A stretch of 63,885 bases of DNA, the filler included, from Octopus bimaculoides (lineage: Eukaryota), in assembly GCF_001194135.2 (NCBI RefSeq). It is 9 parts of 8 records of this genome, joined end to end, with 100 filler letters (N's around TTAATTAATTAA, not from the genome) between each part and the next. Parts side by side here need not be neighbours in the genome. Positions count along the whole stretch, not along the records: positions 12,053 to 18,355 come from NC_068994.1; positions 18,456 to 27,285 come from NC_068991.1; 7 more parts are not named here. One strand, given 5' to 3'. A model generated the notes under the pieces. That model searched no databases and had not been told where the DNA came from. It worked only from the letters and a program-made list of their open reading frames with translations. The position numbers and the translations under genes were made by a program. The stretch's first letter is position 1. Every line of letters begins with the position of its first letter. Below are positions 12,801 to 26,146 of the stretch, piece by piece.

Positions 12801-13269
12801 AACCCATACTTGGTAGTATATTATACTTGGAAGTATATTATGGTTGCAAAGCGAAATATTGTGTCCTTGCTAGAAATTAATATGTATGTACCAGCTATGG
12901 ATGTGCTTAATATGTAAATTGTTCTATCCAATAGTTTTACACCACTTTATCTGGTAGCTATTTTAAGTAATGTGTTCGTGAATACATGTTAGGTTGGATG
13001 TGGTACTGATGAAAGCGCAATGACTCTTGAAATATGCATATACACCCATTGCCTATTTTTTGCTGTCTTCGAACGCGTTGTTTACAAAAACGTATTCATT
13101 TAAGAAACATTGTAACTTTCAGTGGTGGCTCTGAATTTTATAGGTCATTTAAAGTAATAAACATAAAAAAATATACACAACTATACAGTTATAGGAGTCC
13201 TTTGCATAACTTGTATTTATCATGCTCAACTAGAAAAGCGTTATCCAGCGCAATACAAGGGCAGAAAAC

Positions 13270-13312
13270 ATTGGCCCAAGGTGACACCCAGTAGTATAAA
13301 ACAAATCACGTG
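13270..13312 (+). promoter_or_regulatory. Candidate core promoter: reverse CCAAT (13270), TATAAAA (13295-13301), E-box CACGTG (13307-13312)
   Basis: Motifs clustered upstream of a non-repetitive stretch ending in a GTAAGT donor at 13655. Confidence 0.35.
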
Positions 13313-15252
13313 GTTTCATAAGCATGCTGTTTAAACGGACAGCCATGCACACCTCTAAATGCAAGAGTTAACTTATAATTATACAAGATAATGACTAAAA
13401 GCGCCAAAATCTTTCCATACAAATCTAAAATTTTATTTTTCTAAGCCAATGCGGAATCTAATGTCACGTTTACATATCACAACACAATTGATAGAACTCT
13501 GTCCTCTGTCACAAACATAAAGGTTAACCTGGTTAGTCTGCGCACTAGCGAAATAAAAAGTAATACCAACAAAAGCTGTTTGGCATCGAACAGTTAAGAA
13601 TTTCATAACTATAGCATTATCTTCGATCAAGTCTCCAGAAAGAAAGACATCGGAGTAAGTCAACGGCATTAAGATTTAGTTTTGAAGCAACACATTAGGA
13701 ATATAAATAATATAAATCTATCGAAATCAATAATTAGAGATAGAAAAACGTGTTTTTAGCTCTGTGTCTCGGATTTCTCTGCTTATTTCTTGCGAGATTA
13801 TAACCATGCCTGTCAAAAATGTCATTATTTAAAACCTATATAAACTATGCACTCTTGTTTTATTTTTAAAATTCCACAAAGTCTTGAGACAGAGTTTTCT
13901 CAAAGAAGTCAAACAAAGAGGTGTAGATTTATAAGTAAATGCCAGAATGATAAAAATCTAAAACAAAAAGAAATATATATATTATGGATATTATATTTGC
14001 AATATAGTCAGAGGTGTATTATCGATTGTGAATCCTTTTCGATTGGAGAGGTTTAAGCTGTAACGAATCTATAACTTTATCATCATGTTTTGTTAGATGA
14101 ATCTCGAAGTACGCTAAAATTAAGTACCTCTACTTACTTTTAACGTCCCAGCCACTACACATCTATAAAACTAGTGTATCTACTTCAATATCTGTTGTTA
14201 ATCCTAAGGCGGCGAGCTGGCAGAATCGTTAGCACTTGGGGAGAAATGCTTAACGGCATTTCGTCTTTCTTTACATTTTGAGTTCAAATTCTTTCGAGGT
14301 CGAATTTTCCTTTCATCCTTTCGGGGGTCGATAAAAATAAGAACCAGTTAAGCACTGGGAGCGATGTAATCGATTTACTCCCCATCCCGAATTGCTGGCC
14401 ATGTGCCAAAATTAGAAACAAGTATAATATCGGAAGACGGTGAGCTGGGAGAGTCGTTTGGAAGCGAGACAAAATGCTTAAGGTCATTTCGTTCATTTCT
14501 GCGTTCTGAGTTCGAATTCCGCTGTGGTCAACTTGGCTTTCCATGCTTTCGGCAGCGATAAAATAAATACTAGTTGAGCACTGGGTTGCTTTAATCGACT
14601 TCTACTCCCCTCAAAATTGCTGGCCTTATACTAAAGAAACAAACGATTAGTAGAGCGTGGGGCTTCAACTCCCAGCAAAGTCAACTTCGCTTTTCGTCCT
14701 TCTTAGTCCAACAAAATAAGGTACCAGTGAAATAATTGGGTCGATGGGATCAAACAACCACTCCCCTCAAAATTGTTGCCATTGTGACTATGCCAGAAGG
14801 AATAATTGGAATAATAGAAAAATACTTTAGAGTACTTATTATGGTTATTTAACGTTCAGAGTTCAAATCCTGTCGAGATCAACTTTGCCTTTCATCTTTC
14901 CGAAATTCATAATATATAGTTCCAACCAAATGCTGCGTCCTATCATGTGAACTAAACCGTTTCCTTCAGAACGGGTGCCAAACTTATCCCGTATTTCCCA
15001 CCACTTCGATAATTGTAGCCATGCGACAAAGAGTATCAGAATATTTTAATATAATTGAGGAAAGGCATGAAAGCAACGCAATCCCATTCCCATCCAGACC
15101 GAAATTCCATTCTCTCTGTTCTTCCTCCCTCCAGAAAATAAATCGGTGAATTTCTGTGTGTATTTGTATTTTTATATATTTTGTAGAGGTAAGAAAACAA
15201 ATCGATGTTCAAACGATCTCTCTGTCCAACAAAAGAGGAGACTGACAACACA

Positions 15253-15304
15253 ATGAAAATACTTGAAAGCAGAATGGAAACCCACATTCAACATTATATT
15301 CATG
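15253..15304 (+). CDS. Candidate first coding exon portion (MKILESRMETHIQHYIH), exon about 15187-15304
   Basis: ttttgtag acceptor at 15186, ACAATG start context, G/GTGAGT donor. Confidence 0.3.
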
Positions 15305-15488
15305 GTGAGTGAACTGTCTACAACAACGTCAATATCAACAAAATTATCTTTATGATTCTCGTATACATAAAGGATATACATACATATGTATGTGCGTGTA
15401 TAAATACACACACATATATATATACACGCATGCGCATATATAAATATTCATATACATATACATACTTACACACGCACACACATACACA

Positions 15489-15520
<32 letters not shown>

Positions 15521-15724
15521 NNNNNNNNNNNNNNNNNNNNNNNNNNNNNNNNNNNNNNNNNNNNNNNNNNNNNNNNNNNNNNNNNNNNNNNNNNNNNNNN
15601 NNNNNNNNNNNNNNNNNNNNNNNNNNNNNNNNNNNNNNNNNNNNNNNNNNNNNNNNNNNNNNNNNNATACATATACTCATATAGATATAGACAATATATA
15701 TCTGTATGTACATAAATATGTGTG

Positions 15725-15825
<101 letters not shown>

Positions 15826-17255
15826 ATATATATATGTTGTGTGTATGTATATATCTATGTGTGCATGTATGTATTCGCGTACGGGCAAATTTACTGACCA
15901 GTGTATAAATATATAGGTTTGTGTGTATCTGTATGAGAAATAAATCTGCTACAACGTAAGCGGCCATTTATTATTTTTTTTATATTACATTTTTTGCATG
16001 TATATGTGTATATGATTCGTGTGTGTGTGTGTGTTTGTCTGTATGCATCTGTGCGTGTGTATGTGTATGTGTTGTTGTGTATGTGTTTGTGTGTATTTCT
16101 GTATGTCACCGCAAACATACATAAATGTCCAACTACTACATAGCCATTACTCTTTCCTTTTTCGTTTTTTTTTTTTTTTTCACGTGATCTAATCCCCGTT
16201 CTTTCTGTCTCGATATATTTTGATCTTCGGCTAACAAAAGAAGCAAAAAAAAAAGAAGAAAAAACAGAAAAAGTAAAAATATAATACAACATATACATAT
16301 ATACATATGCATACATATATATGCAGATACATATATATATATATATATATATNNNNNNNNNNNNNNNNNNNNNNNNNNNNNNNNNNNNNNNNNNNNNNNN
16401 NNNNNNNNNNNNNNNNNNNNNNNNNNNNNNNNNNNNNNNNNNNNNNNNNNNNNNNNNNNNNNNNNNNNNNNNNNNNNNNNNNNNNNNNNNNNNNNNNNNN
16501 NNNNNNNNNNNNNNNNNNNNNNNNNNNNNNNNNNNNNNNNNNNNNNNNNNNNNNNNNNNNNNNNNNNNNNNNNNNNNNNNNNNNNNNNNNNNNNNNNNNN
16601 NNNNNNNNNNNNNNNNNNNNNNNNNNNNNNNNNNNNNNNNNNNNNNNNNNNNNNNNNNNNNNNNNNNNNNNNNNNNNNNNNNNNNNNNNNNNNNNNNNNN
16701 NNNNNNNNNNNNNNNNNNNNNNNNNNNNNNNNNNNNNNNNNNNNNNNNNNNNNNNNNNNNNNNNNNNNNNNNNNNNNNNNNNNNNNNNNNNNNNNNNNNN
16801 NNNNNNNNNNNNNNNNNNNNNNNNNNNNNNNNNNNNNNNNNNNNNNNNNNNNNNNNNNNNNNNNNNNNNNNNNNNNNNNNNNNNNNNNNNNNNNNNNNNN
16901 NNNNNNNNNNNNNNNNNNNNNNNNNNNNNNNNNNNNNNNNNNNNNNNNNNNNNNNNNNNNNNNNNNNNNNNNNNNNNNNNNNNNNNNNNNNNNNNNNNNN
17001 NNNNNNNNNNNNNNNNNNNNNNNNNNNNNNNNNNNNNNNNNNNNNNNNNNNNNNNNNNNNNNNNNNNNNNNNNNNNNNNNNNNNNNNNNNNNNNNNNNNN
17101 NNNNNNNNNNNNNNNNNNNNNNNNNNNNNNNNNNNNNNNNNNNNNNNNNNNNNNNNNNNNNNNNNNNNNNNNNNNNNNNNNNNNNNNNNNNNNNNNNNNN
17201 NNNNNNNNNNNNNNNNNNNNNNNNNNNNNNNNNNNNNNNNNNNNNNNATATATAC

Positions 17256-17301
<46 letters not shown>

Positions 17302-17644
17302 ATATATATATATAAATATATGTATATATGTATATATATATGTACATATTTATACGTATAAATATGTCTATATATATATATATATATATATATACTTTTA
17401 TACACACTCACACACACACACACATATATATATGTATATACACAGATAGATAGCTAGATAAATAGATAGATATATATTTTATAAACACACACTCACACAC
17501 ATATGTGCGTGTACATACAACTGTATGTTCTATGTATATATATTTATGTAAATGTGTATATATATATATGTCTATATACAAACATTGCATATATATATTG
17601 CGCTCACACACACACTCACACACATACATATATATATCGAGTGT

Positions 17645-17712
<68 letters not shown>

Positions 17713-17873
17713 NNNNNNNNNNNNNNNNNNNNNNNNNNNNNNNNNNNNNNNNNNNNNNNNNNNNNNNNNNNNNNNNNNNNNNNNNNNNNNNNNNNNNNNN
17801 NNNNNNNNNNNNNNNNNNNNNNNNNNNNNNNNNNNNNNNNNNNNNNNNNNNNNNNNNNNNNNNNNNNNNNNNN

Positions 17874-17933
<60 letters not shown>

Positions 17934-18719
17934 CGTGTATGTGTGTCTTTCAAGTGTGTGTGTATATTTGCGTGTGTATATGTATCCATTTGCCCTATCT
18001 ATAACGATATTGTTTATCTAACATCAGTTACTATTCATCTCTCTATGTAGATCGCTTCTGTAGGAAATAATATAACGATTTAACAAGCTTTATATGTATG
18101 CATTCATCTGTCATTTTCCTAGCATATACCTGCTTATCTGGTCTCTGTTTATCTGTCTTTCGACTATACATCTGTCTAGTAATCCATGTGTATACATTTA
18201 TATACTGCATATGCTTCTCGTTTCTATCTATGTACATTATTTACCATAATACCACACACACACACACAGACGATTATACACACACATTTATTGATATGTG
18301 CATACATACATGCGTATTCAACTGTTGGCATTTATGGAGACATCTTTTATCTATTNNNNNNNNNNNNNNNNNNNNNNNNNNNNNNNNNNNNNNNNNNNNT
18401 TAATTAATTAANNNNNNNNNNNNNNNNNNNNNNNNNNNNNNNNNNNNNNNNNNNNTCATCTTACATTTTTGCTAGGCTACTCTAGGGTAAATCTTGGCTG
18501 TTTCTTCTTGAAGCCCGTCTGTTTATTCCATTATTACAATCCAATATGTAGTCTCAGTTGATGCAAGTTTCCTGTTTTGTTATTCAGTAACTCTACAATT
18601 CCTAATAATATTCAGTTATGAAAATATAATGGGATTTTATTTAAACAGCAAATGGCCATGGGGGGGTCCAGTAGAGTAGAACAGGAATTAAAGAGGCCCA
18701 CAGGTAGAAAATGGTTCAG

Positions 18720-18882
18720 AATGCAGACAAATAGACAGACATACAGACAGAGAAGCAAGCAGGCAAGCAAGCAAGGAGCCAACCAGCTGGCCAGACAGAG
18801 AGACAGACAGACATGCTCTCAGACAGACAGATATATAGATAAATGGATAAACATATAGACAGGCAGGCAGGTAGACAGACAG

Positions 18883-18932
<50 letters not shown>

Positions 18933-18954
18933 GCAGGCAGGCAGGCAGGCAGGC

Positions 18955-19001
<47 letters not shown>

Positions 19002-19077
19002 TAGACAGACAGAAAGACAAACCAGAAAGAGATAGATATATAGATAGATAGACAGACAGACAGGCAGGCAGGCAGAG

Positions 19078-19168
<91 letters not shown>

Positions 19169-19215
19169 TAGATAAATAGACAGACAGACAGATAGATAAA
19201 TAGATAGATAGATGA
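18720..19215. repeat. (AGAC)/(AGGC)/(AGAT) tetranucleotide compound tract
   Basis: Directly visible. Confidence 0.95.
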
Positions 19216-19690
19216 TTCTGTGTTAAGAGTGTCCCTGTCTTCTTGTGCATATTAATTGATTAAAAAAAAAGAGTGGTGGGGGGCAAGTCATAGTACAGCA
19301 AATTGAATAAACAAGTGACGAACAGCGAATATGTATTTTCTTGCAAACTCCTCAACTTCGTTGGGAGACGAACCATAAATAACTGCAACTGTTTCAAACT
19401 GTTTCTATGCAAGATTTATTATTTGATTAAGCCTTTCAGGGAAAGAAAACAGCTGCCATTAAACTGCACGTACATACACTTATGTATGCAAACACACACA
19501 CTCGCATACGGACTCACTTGCACATGTATACACTCGTATGGATCCATTTACACATATGCAGACTCACTGGCACATACGCACCTGCGCACTCCCTCACTCA
19601 ATCAAACACAGATTCACGTGCACTTATTCACTCACATGCATGCATACACACACATATACATATGCACTCACATATACATGCGCACACACA

Positions 19691-19742
<52 letters not shown>

Positions 19743-19955
19743 TAGACTTATCTATACATGTTTGTAGACATGCAGACATACATAAACACATATGTACAAA
19801 GACATAGAAGCGTTCATACAGATGCACACACATACATACACTAACGTGTGTATAAATGCACACATACACACATATACACACACATGTACACACACACACA
19901 CATACGTACATACATACATTCACACATACATACATACATTTATATATGTAGGTAC

Positions 19956-19992
<37 letters not shown>

Positions 19993-20008
19993 TGTGAGTG
20001 TGTGTGTA

Positions 20009-20041
<33 letters not shown>

Positions 20042-20545
20042 TTATATATTATTTAAGTCATCATTTCTTAATGATATCTTAATGAGACACAGAATAACAC
20101 CAACAGGTACATATATTTGCACACACACACACACAACACATTCATACACACATACACACACTCTTACATATTAGTGTGTGTGTGTGTGTGTATGACTGTG
20201 TGTACACATATCCATGCATACACATATTCATCCATTTTACATCAGTTTCTTTTTGTATGTCAGCGTGAATTAAACAAATGCATATTAACATGACAGTATT
20301 TTATAACCAGACGCCTTTCCTGTCACTAACCCCTGTCATTTTTCATATTATTGCCAGTTATTCATTTCACTTGTCACTGTCTTTGAAAGCACAGACATTG
20401 CATCTGATTGGCTGACAGAGAAGCGTTGACAAACATTGCTGTCTACAGCTAAGCATCTTCATACAACAATATAGAATGCAGATATACACACCACACGTAC
20501 ACACACACACACACATATACACACACACTCAATATATATATATAT

Positions 20546-20701
20546 ATGAGAAAAAGAAGAAAATGGAGAAATTGACATATAGACATAAGTTTATTCAATG
20601 ATATTCCAATTAAAATAAAACGATAAAAATTTCATTTTATATTAATTGGAATATCTTTGAATAAACTGAAGTCTATTCTCCATTTTCTTCTTTTTTCTCA
20701 T
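20546..20701. repeat. AT-rich imperfect palindrome (MITE/foldback-like)
   Basis: ATGAGAAAAAGAAGAAAATGGAGAA...GTTTATTCAA.GATATTCCAATTAA is mirrored by TTAATTGGAATATC.TTGAATAAAC...TTCTCCATTTTCTTCTTTTTTCTCAT. Confidence 0.8.
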
Positions 20702-20944
20702 TCATAAATATTTAAATACCTATATATACATCAATGCAAAACTAAAGTATTTAGTTTCACTGGAAACTGGTATAAACCGGAGAACTAGGATGCAAACATC
20801 CCTTAAAGGATTATGTTGTTTGTCTTGTTTCCCATTTGTGTCTTTCGTTGTGCGGAAAAAATAGTTCATATTCCATGCACTCGTACTTCGTATTTTTTTT
20901 GTTGTACACGTTTTATGACGTCCTGTGCCCACATTGTGCAGGTG

Positions 20945-21190
20945 GCACATAAAATACACTATTTCGAGCGTGGCCGTTGCCAGTACTGCCTGACTGGCCC
21001 TTGTGCCGGTGGCACGTAAAAGCACCCACTACACTCTCTGAGTGGTTGGTGTTAGGAAGGGCATCCAGCTGTAGAAACTCTGCCAGATCAGATTGGAGCC
21101 TGGTGCAGCCTTCTGGCTTGCCAGTCCTCAGTCAAATCGTTCAACCCATGCTAGCATGGGAAGCGGATGTTAAACGATGATGATGATATA
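20945..21190 (+). mobile_element. Retroposon 3' end with (GAT)n tail (family D)
   Basis: Copies at 6240-6440(-) and 24815-25030(-); related tails at 8245-8395(+) and 32960-33180(-). Confidence 0.8.
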
Positions 21191-21244
21191 TTATTTATAT
21201 TATTATATGATTGAATGCCATGTGTAACTGTGAAATATGTTTTA

Positions 21245-22745
21245 ATTTCATTATGTCAGAGATAAATTTTGATAAATCTGATAAAGTCAATTTCTTGGAT
21301 ACACTCTGACCACAATCTATGGGTTGTTGTCATGTGTTCTGGTAGTGGGCGAATCCAGCACATCGAAATTGTAGGGCGTGACATGTTCAATACTGTATAT
21401 ACCCTCCCTGGGTGTTCAAAATGATCATACACCATCGGTACATGGAGTGCAAGAGGTGGTTCACAAAAGCCATTGGCACCTGTGCCCACACCCTGAGGAA
21501 AGCTGCCGCCAGTTCCACGCAAGATGTTGGCCTTGGGACCATCTGGTTCAGGCATCTCTGAGATTTCATCTCGCAGGTGTTCAATTGGGTTCAAATCCGG
21601 GTTGAGAGCTGGCCATGGCATGGTTCTGATGTTGTACTGATGCAGGAAGTCCATGGTGATCCTGGCCGTGTGGGAGGGAGCATTGTCCTGCTGGGACACA
21701 TGGCTATGGTGACATACGGAGACGGGCATGATGTGAGGTCTTAGGATCTGGTCAACGTAGCCCTGCACTGTGATGCCATTTCCTCTGCCGGCACCGACAT
21801 TTTGGAACACATTGGCCCACTTCTCTGATTCAGGCCTCTAGCACCCAAAGCCATGATGCTTTGGCCACCCCAAGCCATGATGCTTTGGCCACCCCAAGCC
21901 ATGATGCTTTGGCCACCCCAAGCCATGATGCTTTGGCCACCCCAAGCCATGATGNNNNNNNNNNNNNNNNNNNNNNNNNNNNNNNNNNNNNNNNNNNNNN
22001 NNNNNNNNNNNNNNNNNNNNNNNNNNNNNNNNNNNNNNNNNNNNNNNNNNNNNNNNNNNNNNNNNNNNNNNNNNNNNNNNNNNNNNNNNNNNNNNNNNNN
22101 NNNNNNNNNNNNNNNNNNNNNNNNNNNNNNNNNNNNNNNNNNNNNNNNNNNNNNNNNNNNNNNNNNNNNNNNNNNNNNNNNNNNNNNNNNNNNNNNNNNN
22201 NNNNNNNAAGCCATGATGCTTTGGCCACCCCAAGCCATGATGCTTTGGCCACCCCAAGCCATGATGCTTTGGCCACCCCAAGCCATGATGCTTTGGCCAC
22301 TCCAAGCCATGATGCTTTGGCCACCCCAAGCCATGATGCTTTGGTCACCCCACGCGTCTCTCTCCATGACACATGGGTCTCTGTAGTGTCCACCCCTCCT
22401 GCACCACACACTCAATCTGCCATCCAAGGCGGAAATGCAGTACTGGCTCTCATCAGAGAAGACTAGCGACCTCCATTGTTGATGCTGCCAATGTCAGTGC
22501 TGTGGAGCCCACTGTAGTCATGCCTGATGGTGGCAGGAGGTGAGGACGGGCCCTCAAACAGGATGACGGCAACACAGGTTGTTGGCAGCCAGTCGATGTC
22601 ATACCTTGTCATTGCTGATGGGACACTACCCAGTGCCAATGATCTCGCAAGCTGTCACGCTGGCCGGTCAGAAGCGATCACGGAAGTGTTGTAGGTGGAT
22701 GAAACAATCTTGCCTGAGCATGATCACCCAGGGGCGCCCTCTGCG
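21245..22745 (-). mobile_element. Tc1-family transposase pseudogene with internal 24-bp array
   Basis: DGRLSVWCRRG, YVDQILRPH, QQDNAPSHTAR and WPALNPDLNPIEHL motifs; N-terminal GRP..RQD remnant; frameshifted. Confidence 0.92.
21848..22351. repeat. 24-bp tandem repeat AAGCCATGATGCTTTGGCCACCCC (about 10 copies visible, about 21 if the gap is filled)
   Basis: Directly visible; units either side of the gap are 360 bp (15 units) apart. Confidence 0.95.
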
Positions 22746-23424
22746 AGCACAGTCCATTTTGGATTTTTTATTTTTTTATTTTTTTGAAAGTGTCAAAGCA
22801 AACAGTGCAATAAAAAGGTAATGAACAATAATACATATCTACAAACATAAAGCAACACCCCTCCTGGACACACACAAACACACACACACACATGTATACA
22901 TATACACATACTCACATATACAATAATATACGTTTTCACTGCAGTTAAAAATTAATCAAAGAAGTGAAAAAGCAACAAAAATAAAAGCGTGAGAAAAATG
23001 ATAAAAAAAAATATTTGATGTATAAAAAACAAATTCCAATTAGTAATATTACACTAATTGGGTTTAAAAATTTAAAAAAAAAGACCAAAATTTGTTTTTT
23101 ATTTTTTATTTTTCATATATATTTGATGTTGTTATTTCAGGTTGTTGAACAGATATATTGATTGATTTTGTATCACTGGCAGATTCTCATTAGGGTAGCA
23201 ATAGGACACATAGACTCAATGTGTGTAAGTGCATGTGTGTGAGTGTGTGTGGGGGGGGGGGCACGCATGTGTTCATATAAGAGAGAGAGAGAGAGAGAGA
23301 GCATACATATGTATACATATATGCGTGTGTTTGTGTGCATATATGTGTGTATGTATATATATATATATATATATATACACGTCCTCACTTTGTTGTTTTT
23401 TTGCTTTTTTGTTATTGTTTTTTT

Positions 23425-23460
<36 letters not shown>

Positions 23461-23493
23461 TGCACTTATTCATATGTATATGTATGTACATGA

Positions 23494-23524
<31 letters not shown>

Positions 23525-23645
23525 AACATATATATAAACATATATATATATATATGGGAGAATATACAAATAATAACAACAGACGAGGACAGGTGGTGTA
23601 AATAACAAAAGGATGTATTAGTATGACGCTTGGGAATACGGAAAG

Positions 23646-23682
23646 TCTTTGACGTTTCGAGCTACGCTCTTCAACAGAAAGA
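23646..23682 (-). ncRNA. Minimal type I hammerhead-like motif (variant core) within a dispersed repeat at about 23555-23750
   Basis: Minus strand TCTTT-CTGTTGA-A-GAGC-GTA-GCTC-GAAAC-GTC-AAAGA: 5-bp stem I, 4-bp stem II, palindromic ACGT stem III, GUC triplet; A6 position is U. Confidence 0.5.
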
Positions 23683-24610
23683 ATACGGAGACAAGGAGAA
23701 AAACACGGAGAAAAAAAATTGAATAGTGTTCAGTCAACGGATATATTAGGGTGTTCGGAAAGCAATTGTGTTTTTTCACCACTATGAAATATGAATCAAC
23801 CAATCATATCAGAGCATGGGAAATGTCTGGAAATTTATATCATCCATTCAATCCAGCAGTGTGTCGTTCATGGTTATTTTGGAAATTAACCCCATAAACT
23901 TTATAAGAACTTTATGAAACAACGTAATTTGCTAGGCTAGCTATCATCAGCAGGAAAGCTAAAATTAACATATAAAATTATTTTACTTTTGCTGAAAATC
24001 GCTTGAAACCATGGTTCAGGAAATAGATGGTAAATGTTTTTATTTTTCATTCCCTTTCGAAATTATCCCTGCCAGAGCTCAATAAACACACACAACACTG
24101 CGATCCTCCAACTACGAGTCCGCTGCTCTAACCACTGGGCCATTGCACCTCTATATTATATTATACTATATTATATCATAATATATTATTATATTTAGTT
24201 TCAAGTTGTGAAACTTTTTCTGTTATATACTACTGTTTTTTTCTTTTATTATTTTTTCGGGTTTTTTTTTGTGCTTTTTGTTTGTTTTTTTTCACTAGAA
24301 CTGTCTCTCCTGCACATAATCTTTCACACATTTACATACAACATTCATTATACAGTTTATTATACATTTTTTTTTTTTCTAATGTCTACCGATCAGCCAA
24401 GATCAGTTTCCATCAAGCTCTGATAGAGTATTGCTACTTCATATAGGCAGTTGTGATTTTTATCATTTCTTTATCATTTATGTGTTTAAATGGCTTCCGG
24501 AAGAAACAGCAAGCAAATTTGCAGCAACATTTAAATTGAAAATTATTTGAAACTACACAGAAACCAAATAACTGCATTGCAGCAAGAGATTTTCTTGTTT
24601 TTTTTTTCAG

Positions 24611-24670
24611 TAAAAAACTTGTGAAAGACTGGAGAAAGATATGGAATCGTGCTCAGAAAAATGCGAAAAC
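24611..24670 (+). CDS. Weak candidate exon (KKLVKDWRKIWNRAQKNAK)
   Basis: T-tract plus cag acceptor, GTAAGA donor, 60 nt phase 2-2; only one frame is open. Confidence 0.25.
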
Positions 24671-26146
24671 GTAAGAGCACCAACAAACGTAAAATGAGAA
24701 AACCAAGCAAGTGGTCAGAACCAGAAAAAAAAATAGATGCTGAGAAGATACCGGAAAACTCACCAAACAAGAAAATGAGTCATTCATAAAGACATTCAAA
24801 CTTATTGACCTAACCACTACCATCATCATCTTCATTGATATTTGATGTCTGTTTCCCATGGTGGCATGGGTTGGACAGTTGGAAGGTTTGAGAGTTTGAT
24901 AGGAACTGGCAATCCAGGAGACTGTACGAAGCCCTGCCATTTGCATTAGCATAGTTTCTACAGCTGGATGCCCTTCCCAAAGTCAACCACTTTACAGAGA
25001 ATACTGGGTGGTTTTTACGTGGCACTTAGCATCAGTGAAGTCATCAAGTAAGTTGTAAGACAAGACCCCCTTAAGTGAGTGGTGGAGTGGTATTGAGAGG
25101 CAGGAAAAGGTGTCTTGCAGTAGAGAAGAAACATGGCTGCCTCAAGGGCGAGAGAGAGGGACTGAGTGAGAGAGCGGGTAACAGAAGGAGAGAAAGGGAA
25201 GGAAGGGAGAGGAAGAGAGGGAGAGGTATACTGGCAGCTTATGCCAGTATAGAAAAAGTATCTGATTAGATATTTATCTCTCCACCCTGAAAATGGAAGC
25301 CAATCTACCTGACATTTATATGCTTCCACTACCAGTTGCATATCCTTGACTTTTTGTGAACTACATCTGCCAACAGAAACAGGAAGAAAGAATGATAGAA
25401 AGTTGTGGTGGAAGAGTACAGCAGGGTTCGCCACCATCCCCTGCCGGAGCCTCGTGGAGCTTTAGGTGTTTTCGCTCAATAAACACTCACAACGCCACGT
25501 CTGGGAATCAAAACCACGATCCTATGACCGCGAGTCCGCTGCCCTAACCACTGGGCCATTGCGCCTCCACTAGCTCATTAGCTCTTATTAATATAATATC
25601 AGTATTATAGCTAATTAGATGTTAAAGGACAACACAATTCAATACTAAATGCATAAGTATTTATATAAATATAATATATACAAGAGTGTGCATGCATGCG
25701 CGTGTGTGTGTGTGTATATGTGCATGCACACGCGCATGCATAAAAGTATATAGTGCTGTTACTAAAGTGGGTTGATTAGATCTTGAAAGAAGGCAAAATT
25801 AACATGAATACAATATACAAGTCTAATAAGCATAATGGATGGATTATATCTGAAGAGAAAAACGAAATTCTATGCGAAGAACAAGTTTAACATTATCAAT
25901 ACATTAGCTATGAAAGTATTATGGTAATCATGAGAATAATAAGTGGATTAATGAGAATAATTAGAAATACGGTAAAATTAATTAGAATATACTGCATCAC
26001 ATTAGGCGATGACAGATAACATTTGTCTTGGACAAAAGCGGCATGAGAATATTTATAGTATGATTTCTGTGGAATTGATGATAATTCTTAACAAAGAACT
26101 TGATAGACATGGCGAATGGCCATAATAACAGAAGACCATGTAGTTA

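Noticed and set aside
21848-22351. CRISPR-like 24-bp repeat array
   Set aside because: Units are directly adjacent with no spacers, the context is eukaryotic, and there are no cas genes
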